64,000 bases of DNA from Tubulanus polymorphus (taxonomy: Eukaryota; Animalia; Nemertea), in NCBI RefSeq assembly GCF_964204645.1, contig NC_134029.1, forward strand, positions 23,244,950-23,308,949. The letters run 5' to 3'. The position numbers and the translations under genes were made by a program. How positions within the stretch are numbered: the stretch's first letter is position 1; each line of letters starts with the position of its first letter. This document shows positions 47,060 to 61,800 of the stretch, piece after piece. A model generated the notes under the pieces. That model worked only from the letters and a program-made list of their open reading frames with translations, was not told where the DNA came from and ran no database searches.

Positions 47060-48953
47060 CTGGTGTCTACCATCTTGGAGAAATATCGTTTTTGATAGAT
47101 TACCAGAATCGGGTTGATTGAAGACTGACTGTTCGCGCAGTTTATCACCGTCCTGAAGTCAAAGTTTATAACTTTGCCACAGTGCTCGTGGATCCGCATC
47201 CTCGCGTGGTGTACGTTGGCAGGGTATAATTATAGAAACTTGCATCTAAACATAGCCAACAGATTGCATACACAAGGCTGAACACAAGACATTTACCAGT
47301 ACAAACACCGGGACGTGTTGAGCAAGAAAAATCACCATAATTCACATTTATGTGTGGGGTATGGGGAGTTAAATATAGTTACTGATGATGATATCTAGCC
47401 ACACAGATAAATGATCCTCTGGTTTAGTGAAGCTATTGAAGTCACCCTCAACAGTAATCCATGATCTCCTCTAATCTTACAGTATGGGATTACTTAATCT
47501 TAATCACCTGTATATGATGTATTCTGAATGGCTTGGCTTCTTGCGAGCGAACTTTCCGTGTATAAGACTTGGTAAAGTTGAACCGTAACCTTTAGAGACA
47601 TTCTCTATCTCTTGAATGTGTCGGAAAAATGTTAGTTGTCATAGTGGATTTTTTTTGGGGTGTTCGAATTAAAATATAATCAATTCCTCGAGTCTTATAT
47701 CGTTTAAGTTGAACTGTGAAACGCAAAACTATGCGCGCTATATGTTACATTGACTCTTCCGCGGCTATTTCTGTTTTATTTTCTTTAATTGCGCATCTTA
47801 ATTACTTTCCCGCGCCATAATACCATTCAGGATACAGTTACTGGAAATTTCGCGGGGCCTCTGACCATAAAATTGATGTTTCAAACACACAGTTTGTTAC
47901 ACACTGATGATGATTTACCTTCACTTCTGGCATCATTTACGTCAATTAATTGACAAACCTGTTTCCAATCATCAAACATCTCAGAAAGCCGACTGCAGCT
48001 TCAGCCCTTTGTGCAGCCGGACTCCCGATGTATATAGGCAGGGATGAAAATAGCTGCAGCTGCATCTAATCGTAGCATCGTTTCTGTTTGTTGACCATGA
48101 GACATCCAAACCCCCTGCAGTGAACATAAACGCCAAAGGTATGTTATCATTACAACTCAGTTTGACATACGCCTGACTAACCCTTTCTAGCGATCAAACG
48201 CTATAAAACTCTTATATTTGTGAGATTCTTTAATTCACTCCGTGGTACACAGTACTGAAAGTCCCTTTTCAGTAAGAAAAATCTTTTGCTTAGTCTCGTT
48301 AGTGTAAAAGCTTTTAAAACTTGATATAGCAAAATCATAAGCTTTAAAAGCCAACCTCTTAATTATATCGGAGATATTCTGAAGCGGTTTACCAGGCCAC
48401 ACAATGATAATACGAGTTAGTATATTGTAAACTGTTTTTGAGATATTTATATTATAATAATCCGTTGATAAATAAAACTCTTTAATGCGAAAATACTTAG
48501 AAAACTTTATCGTCTTCGTCTCTGTATTTGTGTCGAGAGGGCAATGATTGAAATTCCGTGAAAATATTCTTCCTCGAAAATACCACGCAGTGAAGTTTCA
48601 GGTGAGATAAGTGATCAGTGGTGTATGTTAGATGACTGAGAAGCTGGAGAGAGAGCCGGGATATTTTTGGCTTGAGACAGCAGCCAGCTTCCATCCTCCT
48701 ATAGGATGATAATGATGCTAGTCATTCTGTATAACTTTAGTCAAGCAGCTGTCATCAACAGTGTGGCTGCGCTGCTGCGATTCAGCCATATAGGCAGCTA
48801 TAGCAGCCATTTCTAAATCTCGGAAAACTTTTCGCGTGAAAAGAAGTTGAATCTAGTCAAAGTTCTAATAGTCGATCGAGGGACGGACCGAGCGGCGTGA
48901 CACGCGTGTCACGTGACAACTTTTTGCGGTGACCGGACGACATCGAGAAAATC

Positions 48954-48974
48954 ATGAATTTCAATTTGAATCAG
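48954..48974 (+). CDS. Candidate first coding exon of the basonuclin-like gene (MNFNLNQ)
   Basis: AAAATCATG start, consensus donor CAG|GTGAGT, phase 0 matching the 55362 exon; Inr-like TCATTC at about 48722. Confidence 0.5.
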
Positions 48975-50150
48975 GTGAGTAATGTTTCTCGAGTTTTTTC
49001 CCTTTGTTAAGAAACTTGTCCGAATAGTGACGCGTGACAGATACCGTTTTGAAATTTCTTGAAAGTAGATTCAGCGCGGAAGGATTATTTCAGATTCTAT
49101 GACCAACAGAATGAACCTCTTCGAAACGACGGTAAATCGTTTTACGGTTGAAATTATGGAAACTATGGTCTTATCAAAACTTCTTCGACAGTTTTCGCGA
49201 AAGCGTTTAAAAATAAATTCACGAAGCTGCGCTAGTGTTTGCAATACTAGAAGCATCCACGTAGAATCCACGTAGAACTTATCGAGTTGGTTTGACAAAC
49301 TTTTACCGTTTCTCGATCGTAATGGCGCTCTTATTCTAAACCTGAAATGAAGATAATTTCGAGAATTTTTCATAAGACTTTGATAGAATTGTTGAGTTTT
49401 AGCAAGTATTATATTAGGAAAGAAAAGAGTTTATCGAGTTTATTGTATCCTCTCAGCCATCATATGAGAGTGAATCAATAATTATTTTTTGTCAAGTGCA
49501 TGGGATTTCGTTTATCACAGATTAGTGCACTAATCAACAACTCATAATCATTAGGAAATGGTCCGTTCATTCTTAGCGTTTCAGTTATATTTGATAGATA
49601 ATGTAAACGATTTCTGTAACATATGAGAGATATTTTAGGCTATCGTTGATGAGTTTGTTTCCCCTTCGTTTAACTGTTGTTATTTCTACGGGGTAATATC
49701 AGGGCAGTAAGTGTAAAGGGCGGCAGTGTAGGATCTGATGACCGAATTTACTGGCGGTTCACTCGATACGGGTATTCGAATCTCACAGGGAATTTTCATC
49801 GCAAAGACAAAGGTTCACGAGTGTTGTTTCTGACGATACGAAAAGTAAAAACTACTCGAAAAGTAGAATCTTATCGGGTCTCATTCGTGTGACCAGTGCG
49901 GATAATAATTGAGCTATTAACCTTCTATGAACTATGAACTAGTTTAGAAAAGAATAAAACAATATTAAGTTCATTTAGTTTAAGACCTTGAATAGAGAAA
50001 TATAAGTTCTGCAATGCATTTAGATACAAGCAATTGCCAATATTTTCATGTTTCCAATCAAATTCAAAATATTCAAAATTGGTGAACTGAGTTCAACTCT
50101 TTTATGCCCTTCAGGCTCAAGGTGGAGCCACCTATATTTCCGCCAGAGCT

Positions 50151-50223
50151 GCCCGGTTAGCTCAGTCGGTAGAGCATCAGGCTTTTAACCTGAGGGTCCT
50201 GGGTTCGAGTCCCATACCGGGCG
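50151..50223 (+). tRNA. tRNA-Lys (anticodon TTT)
   Basis: GCCCGGT/ACCGGGC acceptor stem, GCTC/GAGC D stem, TCAGG-CTTTTAA-CCTGA anticodon arm, TTCGAGT T loop, discriminator G, T-run terminator about 8 nt downstream. Confidence 0.93.
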
Positions 50224-53200
50224 AGAATCGTTTTTATACCTCCTTCATAGAAAAAAATTGAAAAAAATTATCCATCGTGACGTATACTTTTTTCTTTTGA
50301 CGTGATAGCAATAAAGATAAGAAAGGAATATGACGTGTCTTCGCGATCTTCGCGAATAATTACGCGATGACGGTCATAGTCTCATTATCCGTCATAAATC
50401 TTCCAAATCACTCTTTATATCGATTACCACCTTCAATTACAACTTTCGAAAACTGCACTGGCCATTTATAACGATGGTTTTAATGATGATCACAATCTTT
50501 ATGCGCCACGAAGAACAAGTTATATTAAATGGCATCAGGTGTCTAATTACAGTCATTCACAATTGACATACGACACATGGTATTTTGGCTATTATGACAT
50601 TTTGAAATGATAGATTTTCGAAACGAAAAACGCTCAGATATTTCTACTTTGGCCTTTCTCGTGACGCAAAACGTGAAAAATGACCGAAAATCACCGCGCA
50701 TTTATTCCAGACGACAAAAAGCGCATTAAGACCGTCATCAACAAAGATGTCCTTGCGAACGTGAGATCGCGCCGTATTCGAGATTGCGGCGATCAGATCT
50801 TATGCGATGCCACGTTCGCTATAGAATATGATATTTTATGGAGGTCATCAATTCGCCGCCGCTGATGACTTGGTTTAGCCGTTGGACAATACGGCAGACT
50901 AAATGATCGTAGAGTGTCCACAAGACGGATGGACGTTATATGTCTAGATGAGTTTTATAGCCCTGAATCTGTTATACGTCGTTGACCGCTGTCGTTTTTG
51001 TATTTCGGTTGAGGTGACTTTGCTCGCCGCATATACATATTTCTGTTGTTTCATTAGCATTCTCAACATCGCCGAAAGCGTAGCTCTAGTGTCGGGGCAA
51101 AGTGCCACTTCTTAGAATCGATCACCACCTTCTTGCCAAAAATTACAAGACAAAACCGGCTTCTCCGATAGTGGGTTTAACTGAAGTAAATTTGATAGCT
51201 TGTTAGAATTTTAATATGCGGATATCCCGTTAAGAATAGAAAACTTTTTCCGATTATACATTCAACTGTTATATCCCTCGAGGTCCTAAACGTATATATC
51301 TAAACAAAAGCTATGGTTTAATTTATTATTTTGTTTCTCTTCGCTTTTTCATAAGCTTGGAAAAATGTCGCCACACCAATCTTTTATGACTATTTTGCGT
51401 GCCACTCTAGTGAGAATTCCATGAAGGATGACATATCGTAGTAACAGCGAAGTTTGAAATTAAATTTTATGCCGATGGAGGAAAATAAAGAAAAAACATC
51501 CCGCTATGATGGAGGACATTGACTTAATTCATGTCATTTCAGCGACAAGTTATCAGATATTGACATGAAGCACTTGTCAGGGTTCCCCACATTTCCTCGC
51601 GTCGATGCCGGGTACGTCGATGTAAAGTTGTGTTTATTATCAGTATCAGTTGTCAGTCGGGGGTGAAGATGATTTCCTTATGGACTTTCTTAAAGAATGT
51701 GACACAACCTCTTATGCACTCGTGTACGGAGCTGGAATGACAATTTTCGTAGTCGAGGGAGTCAACTGGTGACTATTCCGCGAAACGTAAGGGATGGTCT
51801 GCATCGTGCACAGAACATGATCAAACCTATTCAGGAAATTAATTCACTATCTTAAAGCTGCGTTAATCGAAAGTTGTTGTATTAAGATATAATTTTTTTC
51901 TCAAGAACTTTGAATCTGAATCCGATAATCTAATTCCTTTATGAACGGGATTATTTGAATCGGTGTTCATGCAGCAAACTGACACGAACTTCATCTGATG
52001 TATGATTTTAATATCTGTTCAGCTCTTTGAACTTTGGCGGTAAAAGACTTTTATATATATATATATTTATATACAGCTTAGTTGCCTGCATAATTTTCAC
52101 TGTTGTCTATTATGATGTCAACTGAGTTCGTAGGATGAATTTTGTGCTGTTCGCCTGAGACCGTGATTTGTTGATTAGTAATTATCATGTCCCATGCCGC
52201 CAATTACAACAGATGGGGACTTGTCATCGGGGGGTTTATGTTAGGCGACTCACTGTGAGATCTGTTTGTCTGCATGCACGCGGCATCGTGTGATAACCGA
52301 AGAATTAATTAAAAATTATCTCAGTTCTTCCATCGATGACATTAACATCAGTTTGATCCCGAGTCCTTCATACACAAGAGTTTATTATCAATATCATATA
52401 GCCATAGTTTAATGACCACTCTCTTTATAGATCGGATCACTCGTGAGGCTTTCTGGATTATCCTTTTATCTTTTTGGATCGAATGATGATGAATTTTCAT
52501 TCTATTTCCGAAATTTTACCTGAGATGACAAATCTAAAGTGTCTATTTCGTTGGGATGTGATTGGCGCAAATTTGATGTAATAAAATAGTAGCGAAGAAG
52601 GGACCCTGGGGACGGCATCGGTTTCTAACGTTAACGTAACGTCATCTCTTTGAATAAAGAAACGTCAATGGCGATCGCGTAACGTGAATATTTAAAGAAG
52701 CCGTTGATTAACAGCGTCCAGCGGGGATTGGCTTGCCGTGCTAATCCCAATCAATATAAAAATGGTCGTCTGTCGGCATGTGACATTGTGCGCCGTTCAC
52801 GCGTCCGTGTTTGCAGCATCTTATCAGGGGTGTCTGTCCGGTCGCACATATAACTGCGGCAAGTTTTAATCAAAAAGTTTCCATTCGTCCCGACCATTCA
52901 GCATCTGCGGATGCAGCGCTGCTCTGGATGTCGGCAATAGCCACTGATATGTCGTCACCATTCAATAAAATCGCTGTTACGGATTGAGGACTTGGTTTTT
53001 TGTGTGGTGAATTTCAACTGTCGATTCTGAACTCAGACCTGGGGACCTCGTATATCTGTTAAACGTTCTGATCGCAACTGATCGATTTAAATTGTGATGT
53101 TACCGATTTTAACTCAAAGTGCCGACTGGTCATTCGATCTTAAACAATGAAAGGATTATGAGCGACTTGGATTGCTGAAAAAGGAGATGATTTTTGTTAA

Positions 53201-55361
53201 ATCCTTCTAATTGAAGATGCTTAACTTAAATGTTTGCTGTGAACCACGATGCAATCGCAGGCGGTATGGTCGGTACAGAGACAAGGATTATAGATTTAAC
53301 CACGCCCAGGTGTCCACCAGTGTCACCGTTCTTTAAAACGTCACCGATATTTTGCCACATCTTCCAATTAGGACTACCGGCAAACTGTTGGCCATATCCT
53401 ACGTTTCATAAGGTAGATATTTCGTGTGCTTTGGCCTCAGTTTTTTTTGTATTAATGATAAAAGCTCATAAAGTTTTAAACGATGTATAAATGTTGCTTG
53501 TTATTGGCGGAATAGAAGAGACACTTTGAGTGCATTAATAACATGTGTATTTTCGGTACTTTCATCTTTTGTCAACGTGGTCTCGTTGACTAATTTTCTT
53601 CGGAAAAGCGGGAAGGGAGTATTTGGTCGGCGGCTCTTTTGCTGTCTATTTTTTATGGTGACACTTGATTCCGAAAGGCGACCAAGTTTTTCCACCGAAT
53701 AGGATACATCAAAGGTTGGTAAATGTCATTTGTCATCTTCACGAAAATCTCAAGTGGGGCTCGATACAAATCTGGCCAACTGATTCTTTTTTTATATATT
53801 TCGCTCTAGTTCTTCAATTGCTTTAGAGCTTTGTTCATTTTCGCACCCACAACAGACTGGTGGCAATTTCGAATGAATGAAATTTATAGTTACGGCTTTT
53901 TTTGTGCGGTGGATTTGCCATGTCATTTCACGCAACATTGGGGGAGGTGGAATCGGAATTTCAATTTCAACAGTCACTTGAATAACACCGGCAATACAAG
54001 ACAATTAACAAGATATGTCATCGGTTTTATGTCACCGTGTATTTTACCGATATCCACCTCGTATATTGTTAACCGATTCCGAGAGTAAATACCAACATTG
54101 TGACAATTATAAGTACGGGTTCGGTATCGTTAAGCGATACGCCGCTATTCGACCGACGAACGGTCGGTATCGGGAAAATATTCGCCGAACGAAATCACGG
54201 TTTCGTCGGTGAATTGTCACTTGTAAACGCGTGTTACAGGCGACAAGTGACTCGTATCACAATGAGTCCCGCGTTCGTGAAGCCGTTCTTCAATATGTCA
54301 TCATTATAAACGCATAATAAACGAGTGTTTTCAGTTTAAACTTCACTTGGCTCTTCACGTGACTCGTTCATATTCATTTTCTGTTAATTAAAAAACAACA
54401 ATTGCTGTTGAAGTGTCGCTCTTTATATTCAGTATATATATCTTACCTGCCGATTATTTCTGTTCAATTATGCATAAGTCATCGTCGTATCAACATTGCC
54501 ATTGTCATATACATGTGTTATAGACATCTAGATATTTTATGATATTATTCCGAGTTGAAGTTTCGATAGAACTATTGTTATTATTGTTATTGCGATGAGG
54601 CCGAGATTTTAAACGTTGATGATTGTTTTTTGAACGGATAATCATTTCTGTCAGTTTCTGCACTGAGTGAAGAGATCCGAACTAAGGGACACGGTATTTC
54701 TTCACACATGTACAGATTTCGACGTAACTTGATCTTCACAAACTTACTTATATACCGGGTATCATCGGTTTTTCATCTGATTTTTCAATGTGATATTCGT
54801 AAATCAAAAAGTTTGGCTGGTTGCAGATACTTAAGCCTGTGTACGCCAAGTTTTTATGGACCATGAATAAATTGTCTGTATTGGGAAATTAGCATATATC
54901 ATTGGTGGTGCTGAGGATGCTTGTATAATTGTTTGGTTCATCGATACATGTCATTCGGGCTTCGAACCTCTCATTCATTGTTACACCGGAATTGTGATGC
55001 TTGTAACGCGCTGTCTTGTTTATTCCCGTGCGTGCAAAAACGTTTGTTTAGAATTTAACGCTTTTACGCCGACCTGGATCGACTAAAGCTTTTAGACAAA
55101 TCATTTTTGGCGAAGAATTTTGTATCCGAAATTGTCGAAAACTTCGGAAAAGTAGTTAAACCGAAATACGATGCAGTCTCAGGTTTAGCGTGCGAGACTT
55201 TTTAAGAAAACTTGCGACCGAAAAAAATGTATCGGTATAATGACAGGATGTACGGTGGTGATTTGGACCGGTTCTACTACAGAGATTTCAGTCGCAGACA
55301 AAATTACGGATTGTCAAATTACGGCAATATCTTCAAGTATCCGTATTTATTGTTCTTACAG

Positions 55362-55464
55362 GCGATACGCTGTACTTTACCAAGCTGTACGTGTGACTGT
55401 TACACCCCGGGCAAGTCTTACTTACGCACTTGTGACGGCTGCAAGCATGGCTGGGTAGTTCATG
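55362..55464 (+). CDS. Basonuclin/disconnected-family zinc-finger gene, conserved N-terminal Cys-rich exon (rest of the gene probably beyond the window)
   Basis: TTACAG|AIRCTLPSCTCDCYTPGKSYLRTCDGCKHGWVVH|GTAAGT closely resembles the basonuclin N-terminus (C..NC.C.CF.PGK...R.CD.CKHGWVAH). Confidence 0.85.
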
Positions 55465-58400
55465 GTAAGTATATGAAATTAAACATTGAAATTATTTTTG
55501 AATGTATTAGATATGGTTTGTCAATCCTCGTAGATTCAGTGATTAGATTTAAACTGTGATGTTAGAATTATCTATGTATCAGATATTGTTTCTCGTACCT
55601 GTGAAAACACATTGTAGAATTGCAGCGATTATAGATTTAGTCTTATGATTTAAACTGTTGTACGAAAAATATTTGAACTTTCCCCCAGCTAAATCCCCCC
55701 TAAACCCGGTTTGGTATACGACCAAAGAAACGAATCTTTATCTCCTTTTCGCTGTACGTACGTTGCTTTATTGGAAGAAATAACTCTCAGAAAAGTGTCC
55801 GAAGTTGAGCGAGTCGAGTCTTAACACAGTCACCGCGATGTGGTGAAAGTCGATAAGACAAAATCATTTCATTTGCCCGATAGTCTTATGGAAATGAAGC
55901 CCCGAATTTGCATCCAACTGTACTTAATATGTGTCAACATGTCAGCAGGCGGTGATGGACATTCAGGTGGCTGTCTCGTTGTTCTTATTTGATGTTTCTT
56001 GCGGGATGGTTTTTCGGTTTTTTATGACGCGTTTAATTTCCTCTCGACATTCGAAACAAATACCGGATTGCCGTCTGTCCTATTGTCCGGCCGTTTATCG
56101 GAGGCTGTTGATCGTCTGAACGACTTGAGACAAACGACACAGATTTATTCATCAGTCGTGATTACATTCGGTACGATTTATTCCGCTTTGAGAGAAATCG
56201 CTGGCGATTCAATCAAAAAAACGGCAAAACGGCGCAGACATTTATCAAGACGACGCCGGGTCGTTGCATCTCGGGTCGGTGTTTATTGCCGATTGTTAGC
56301 CTCGGCGATTCAGATAGCTGTCAATGACAGGTGACACAGCATCACGCCGGGCAATTATTAGCCACCGATAAGCACAGCGCCGAGAATCAATTGTCGAAAG
56401 TATGTACACTCGTAGGTAATCGATGGGATGAAAAAAGAGCTAATGGCCTGTCATTCGAGGCGAATCGAGTTGATGGTCGTTGATGTTGATTGTGATTTGT
56501 GACTTGCAGCAGACGGCTGCTGTTGATTAATAGATATCGACTCTTCCTTTTCTCAGTCCATTTAACCAAGTGTCCAGTGTGTTCATAATCAACTTCTGCC
56601 GCTAAACGTGTTTGTCCAGATGTGAACGCAGTCCACTGCATGTTCTCCATCGGAGGTTTTAATCTGGATATAGGGATTATCCCTCTTATTAATTTGATTG
56701 ATTGATTGATTTTGATTTGGTGTCCACAAATCCACAACACCTGCCGAGAACGATACAAGGAGTTTGATTTGTAACTCGGAAATCGAAGTAATAGTTTGAC
56801 GGTCGGTCGAATTTCATAATTATTTGTTTAAAAGGGCGGCCACCCCTGTCATTTTTACATCAACTCCCCCTGAAAATGAGTCACCGCTGTTCACAGATCT
56901 GCAGCCCCCTCTAGTTTGTAAGGTATTAATGGATTAATGTGTGCTTACACCAAAATTACGCTTCATTTCGATTAGATTTGGAAGTTTGTGTTTGGCATCC
57001 ATAGTCTTACAGAAGAAAATGATTGCAGTCCTTCTAAAATCCCAGCATTTTGAGAACAACCTCCTAGTGAACACGACTTACTAAATACAAGTCGTTCTTT
57101 TCCTCTTGTTATACTGAAGTAATAGTTAGCAGGTTAAGGAGTTTCCCCAGGTTTGTCTAAATCCATTTAAGACGGGGCCATTCTTACAACCATAACCGAT
57201 ATATAGACACTGACGGTTATAAGTTATCATACTGTGTTATCATTTCTGAAGCAGTTGGGTCACGACAAGAATGCGTTGATGACGGTGACATTCCTGAATG
57301 TATATAGCAGCAGACAGTCAACTGCGGTGCATTTCATTTGACACGTCGGTAGTTTAGCAGTTTCGCAGTTCTATTCGGTGTTACCATCTGTGACGGTTGC
57401 TGTGGCATGTTGAAAATGACGACACATGCCGGCATCCGTCATGCTAGGAATGTCATATTTGCAATATCTGCACAAATGTCGACGTCGGAACCTATTGTCT
57501 TGACATAGTTTCACTTCGCGAGGGATGAATAAGGACAGCATTCCTCTGGAGACACAATAACCCGCGCTCTGTGTCAAATCACACGTAAATATTTCCCGGA
57601 TCGAAAGTGATGGATGTTTTTTGCGAAATAATTTCTCAATAATAAATGTTCGGCTATTTTCCAGTGTGGCGTCTGAATGCGTATCCTCAAATTAAGGCTG
57701 GTGGGTCAAACGAGTCGTTGTCAACTCGTTTCATCGATTCAAATCATCGCTCAGACAGTTTGCTGTTTAAGTTTGAATATTTTTTTTTTAAATTTCATCG
57801 TGTTGTAAATGAGACTTAATGTGTGTAAAAGTGTTTTATTCAGCTGTGTACAGAATTATTGCACAGATCAGGTTGTTCAGGTTCCGGGGGATGCTGCGTG
57901 TGTTAACCATGAGGGGAGAGAAGCGATCAGGAGGAAAATTATGACTGTGAACACGTTGGAGAAACAAGTAATTCAACCTATAAAGCCAGCTGTTCGCCTA
58001 AAGATAATGTTATTCTTGGTTAGATTATCAGGTTTTGATGTCTTCTGTTTATCAGCGATGTGTCCAAGTGAGGCACCGACAGAGATGTAGTTTTTGTATT
58101 TTATGAAGTGATTCGAACCTGGCTATCTAAAAATAACTGGAGAGAGAACACTCGCGCCACAACAGCGGTAGAAATCGATGAAATTCCGTTACGTCCCCGA
58201 GGTACGAAATCCTATTTCAGGGGGTCTTTATTGAAATAATGAATAATGTTAACCCCTTATGACATTGTACGCATGTTACCGGTGTTCTGCTAGTGGAGCA
58301 GACGACCGTTTAGGTGCCGTTAAAACAGTAACGTGACAAACATTTCTTCGCCACCGTTACTTATAGTAAGTATGATGAGTGAGGGTTTGGTTTTGTGGCA

Positions 58401-58756
58401 ACACCAAACCGATTATATTTAAACTATTATTGGAGCAAATGTGACCATACGGTGTTTGTAGAAGGTGCTCAACGAGTTCAGAAACATTTTTGTCCATTGC
58501 TTTCGCTTTCGTTTTCGAATGAAGTGACTACTTTTTCAAGGAATTTCGGTCCCCGCGGCTTCTTCGAGTTGGCATTCTTCAAGCACCTGTGGCTGCTTCA
58601 CTGAATATGAGTCACAAACTTCAACGTCTATCATCATCCTCCGCGCTGGTGTGGCGCTTATAAAATGCCACGCCATTGATGCCTGTGAGCGCGGCTGAAA
58701 TCATAAAAGTATGTTGGTATCATTCATCATCGTGTTGATCATGTATAGCTTTACGT

Positions 58757-58757
<1 letters not shown>

Positions 58758-58800
<43 letters not shown>
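58758..58800 (+). repeat. (GAT)n microsatellite, about 14 units
   Basis: Direct reading. Confidence 0.95.
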
Positions 58801-61800
58801 TGCTTGAGAGACGATTGACTCGATATAGACCTCGTTGTGAACGGGTGCTCGCCGAGAAATCAGCAGAATTACCTCTCACAAGAGCCGCAGATATCTCCGG
58901 CTTAACTAACACACCTTTACAACTTCCATATGTTTCACAAGCCGGGGCTATATATAACTCGCTGTAACACCCAGGACAGCTGGCTCATCAGTGGGTACGG
59001 TACCAACACTGGCGGCGATGGTAGAATACATACACCGGATGTCTTATACCTAAGTTTCAGCGATCAAATACCAGTCACATGGTGCAAGTAGCTCGTGTAT
59101 ATATATGTATGTAATCGCCGCCGCCGCTGCCGCCGCTGCAACCACAGAGCTCAGTTGGGTTTAAAAACCGACGTCAGTTGTTCTTATCTCTTTATATCCT
59201 CGCTGATCTTGAAGACAGTTGTGCCTAATGCACACGTATATATGATTTGTAAACATCTTCAACACTGTCAAACCGTCAACTATTTTCGTCTTCGAAATAT
59301 TACACGCAGATACGCATCTCAGCCATTTACATTTCCAAGGTCTTGTAGAAATATGCTTCAGTCGTGTTGATTTCATTGTCTTCATCGGCTGGTGAATAAC
59401 CTGTAACTTTTTACGTATTTTCAAAATAAAGAACTCCATTTAGAGATGATTATGTTAAATCTGAAGTTCGAAGGTCTTTCCCTATATCTAATTTGTCATG
59501 GCAGCTCATAACAGAGTATCGTTACCGATTAATAAACCACAAATTGCGCAATGGCGCTGTTGTCTGCTGAAGACTTTCTGTTTCGCGTTGCTTTGCCGTT
59601 GGGTTGCAGATTCACTAAGCTCGTGTTACAAAAATACCAGTATTCAGGTATGATTTCATATTGAAATAAGGTAGGTATGTCACCCACATAATTCTGAATG
59701 GAGACAAAACTTATCTAGCTCGCGAAATCTCTCGAATGCTTTTGCCGTATAAACAATAACGATGATGCTTTCGTGATAAACATTGAGATTATCGCATCTA
59801 CACAAGACATCCCTCTAATGTCAATAAATGTCTCATCCATCAGGATGCTTTCCGATGCCTTGTTCTTACTCTAATTTCATCAGATTTTATGAGCCGCTAT
59901 GAGCGCTGTTAGAAATGTCGGTATTTCCGTATTACAAATAATTTTATCATTTCCGACAATCGCAAACATTATATAAAAAAATACTTCGTTTACACCATAT
60001 AGAAACCGACTCGAATCGCTTTCAACCCAATTAATATTTTACATTCATCGACGTAAAAGTAATCATGATTAGCATTTGAGTCCGCGCGGGAGTAGGATTT
60101 CACGGTTTGATTGTGTGAGATGATCTCAATATTCAATGTCCTGTGCGAGAATTGTTCTTGTAAATGCAACAAGTTGCCACAAGACGACACAAACTGCTTC
60201 ACAATGTCAGCTTCATAGGCGATTACATGTGACAAAATACCGATGCAAGTCCCCAGGCATCGGTGATTGGTATGCGGCATGAGTTTGCGGGTCTTCGGTG
60301 GCGTTTGGTTTATGACAAGACCAATACATACTGAGTCAACATGTCCTGAGGTGAGAACGTTTCCTGCATATCGCGCAAAATGACAGAATGCCCTGCTGGC
60401 TGGACACGTTAGAAAATAATGATCTAACGAACATATTGGGCGTAATACAGATTATAACAACAAAATCGTTTGAAATATGGTTGACTCGGTACGCGCTGGT
60501 GTCACTTTTTCCAAAACGGTTTCTGTTCCATTGCTCGGTGTTTGTGAGGGTTTTTGAAGTTGGATAATTCTGATTAATAAACACACCTGTTTAGTCAGCT
60601 TTCATCTTATTTCTACTTTAAAGATCACACATTTCCTTGATGTTGTGCGTGGCGAATTCTTTTTCCGCGTTTAATACGTCGTCGTGGTCTCTAGGCAAAT
60701 CATCATACCAAATTCAAGTAATTATTGGTAACTAATACACGTGATACATAAAGTTTGGATGGCTTTGTCTTAGAGTATTTCCTCTTGCAGCTGTGGTGAA
60801 TAGCAGCTGACAAACGATGCTGCTACATGCAACAGTTTTGTCATTTATGGAGCCATTTATGGGTTGGTATTGATGAGTCATCATTGGTTGGTACAGAAGA
60901 GAGGGGGATGGCTCTGTGATGCTGCTGCTGATGCTGCTGCTGCTACCGATGCAGTTACAGAGTTACGATACCTTCGTTAACTACATCTGTTAATCGCGTT
61001 AAGCGGGGATCAATTCGGCTAAATTTACCTCAGTGACAAGAACAAACACAACAGGTTCCGTCTTACTTCGATTTATGTAAGCAGCCAAGCAAAAGATGAA
61101 ATGTTTGACTGCTGATAGTTTCATACCTTGATTTATGTTGGCAGATGACTTCGCTTTGCTTCGAATTAATGCTAAAAGGTCCCCTGGCTATTGGAATAGT
61201 CCGCCTGTTTCCTTTGTTATGGCTACAGCCACGACTTCTCAAAACGAATAAAATGGCTCAACATTCCATAATCGATGTTGCTAAACTGCATTTAAATACT
61301 AATGAAATTTGAAAAAAAAATGAAATTCCGTTTGAAAGTTGTCCGATTTATCAAAATAATTTTCGAGTCGATGTCTTCAATTGTACATTGTATTTGCTGA
61401 TATCGTTGATAACGTTTTTTTGATGGCATTTCATCGATTCAAATGCGCGCATCGCTTTCGTCACACTCCGTGCCGCGAACGCAAATCTTCTGGAGACATT
61501 TTTCAATTAAATTGCCGCCAGTGTCAGCCGTCGATTGACAAAAATGTAAAAATGATAATCATAAATGCCGAACTTATTGTGCACGAGAAATCCCTCGATA
61601 CCATAACAGTTTAGATGACACATGAATATTGCCCGGCGTGGCAGACGTTTGGGACGGCGACTTACGCTTGATTTGTGGCCGTTTGGCGCGCGCTAGGGGT
61701 ACCCACGAAATCCCACTGTCAATATAATCCATCCAGCGTTGATGATATATAACTTATGCGCATTACGGTAATTGCCATTTTGAAAATCATGTCTTTGAAG

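Noticed and set aside
57809-58090. ORF containing PAVRLKIML, reminiscent of the basonuclin PVRLKILLDRL motif
   Set aside because: Lacks the adjoining FDI.SL.LYG block and LDRL; most likely chance similarity.
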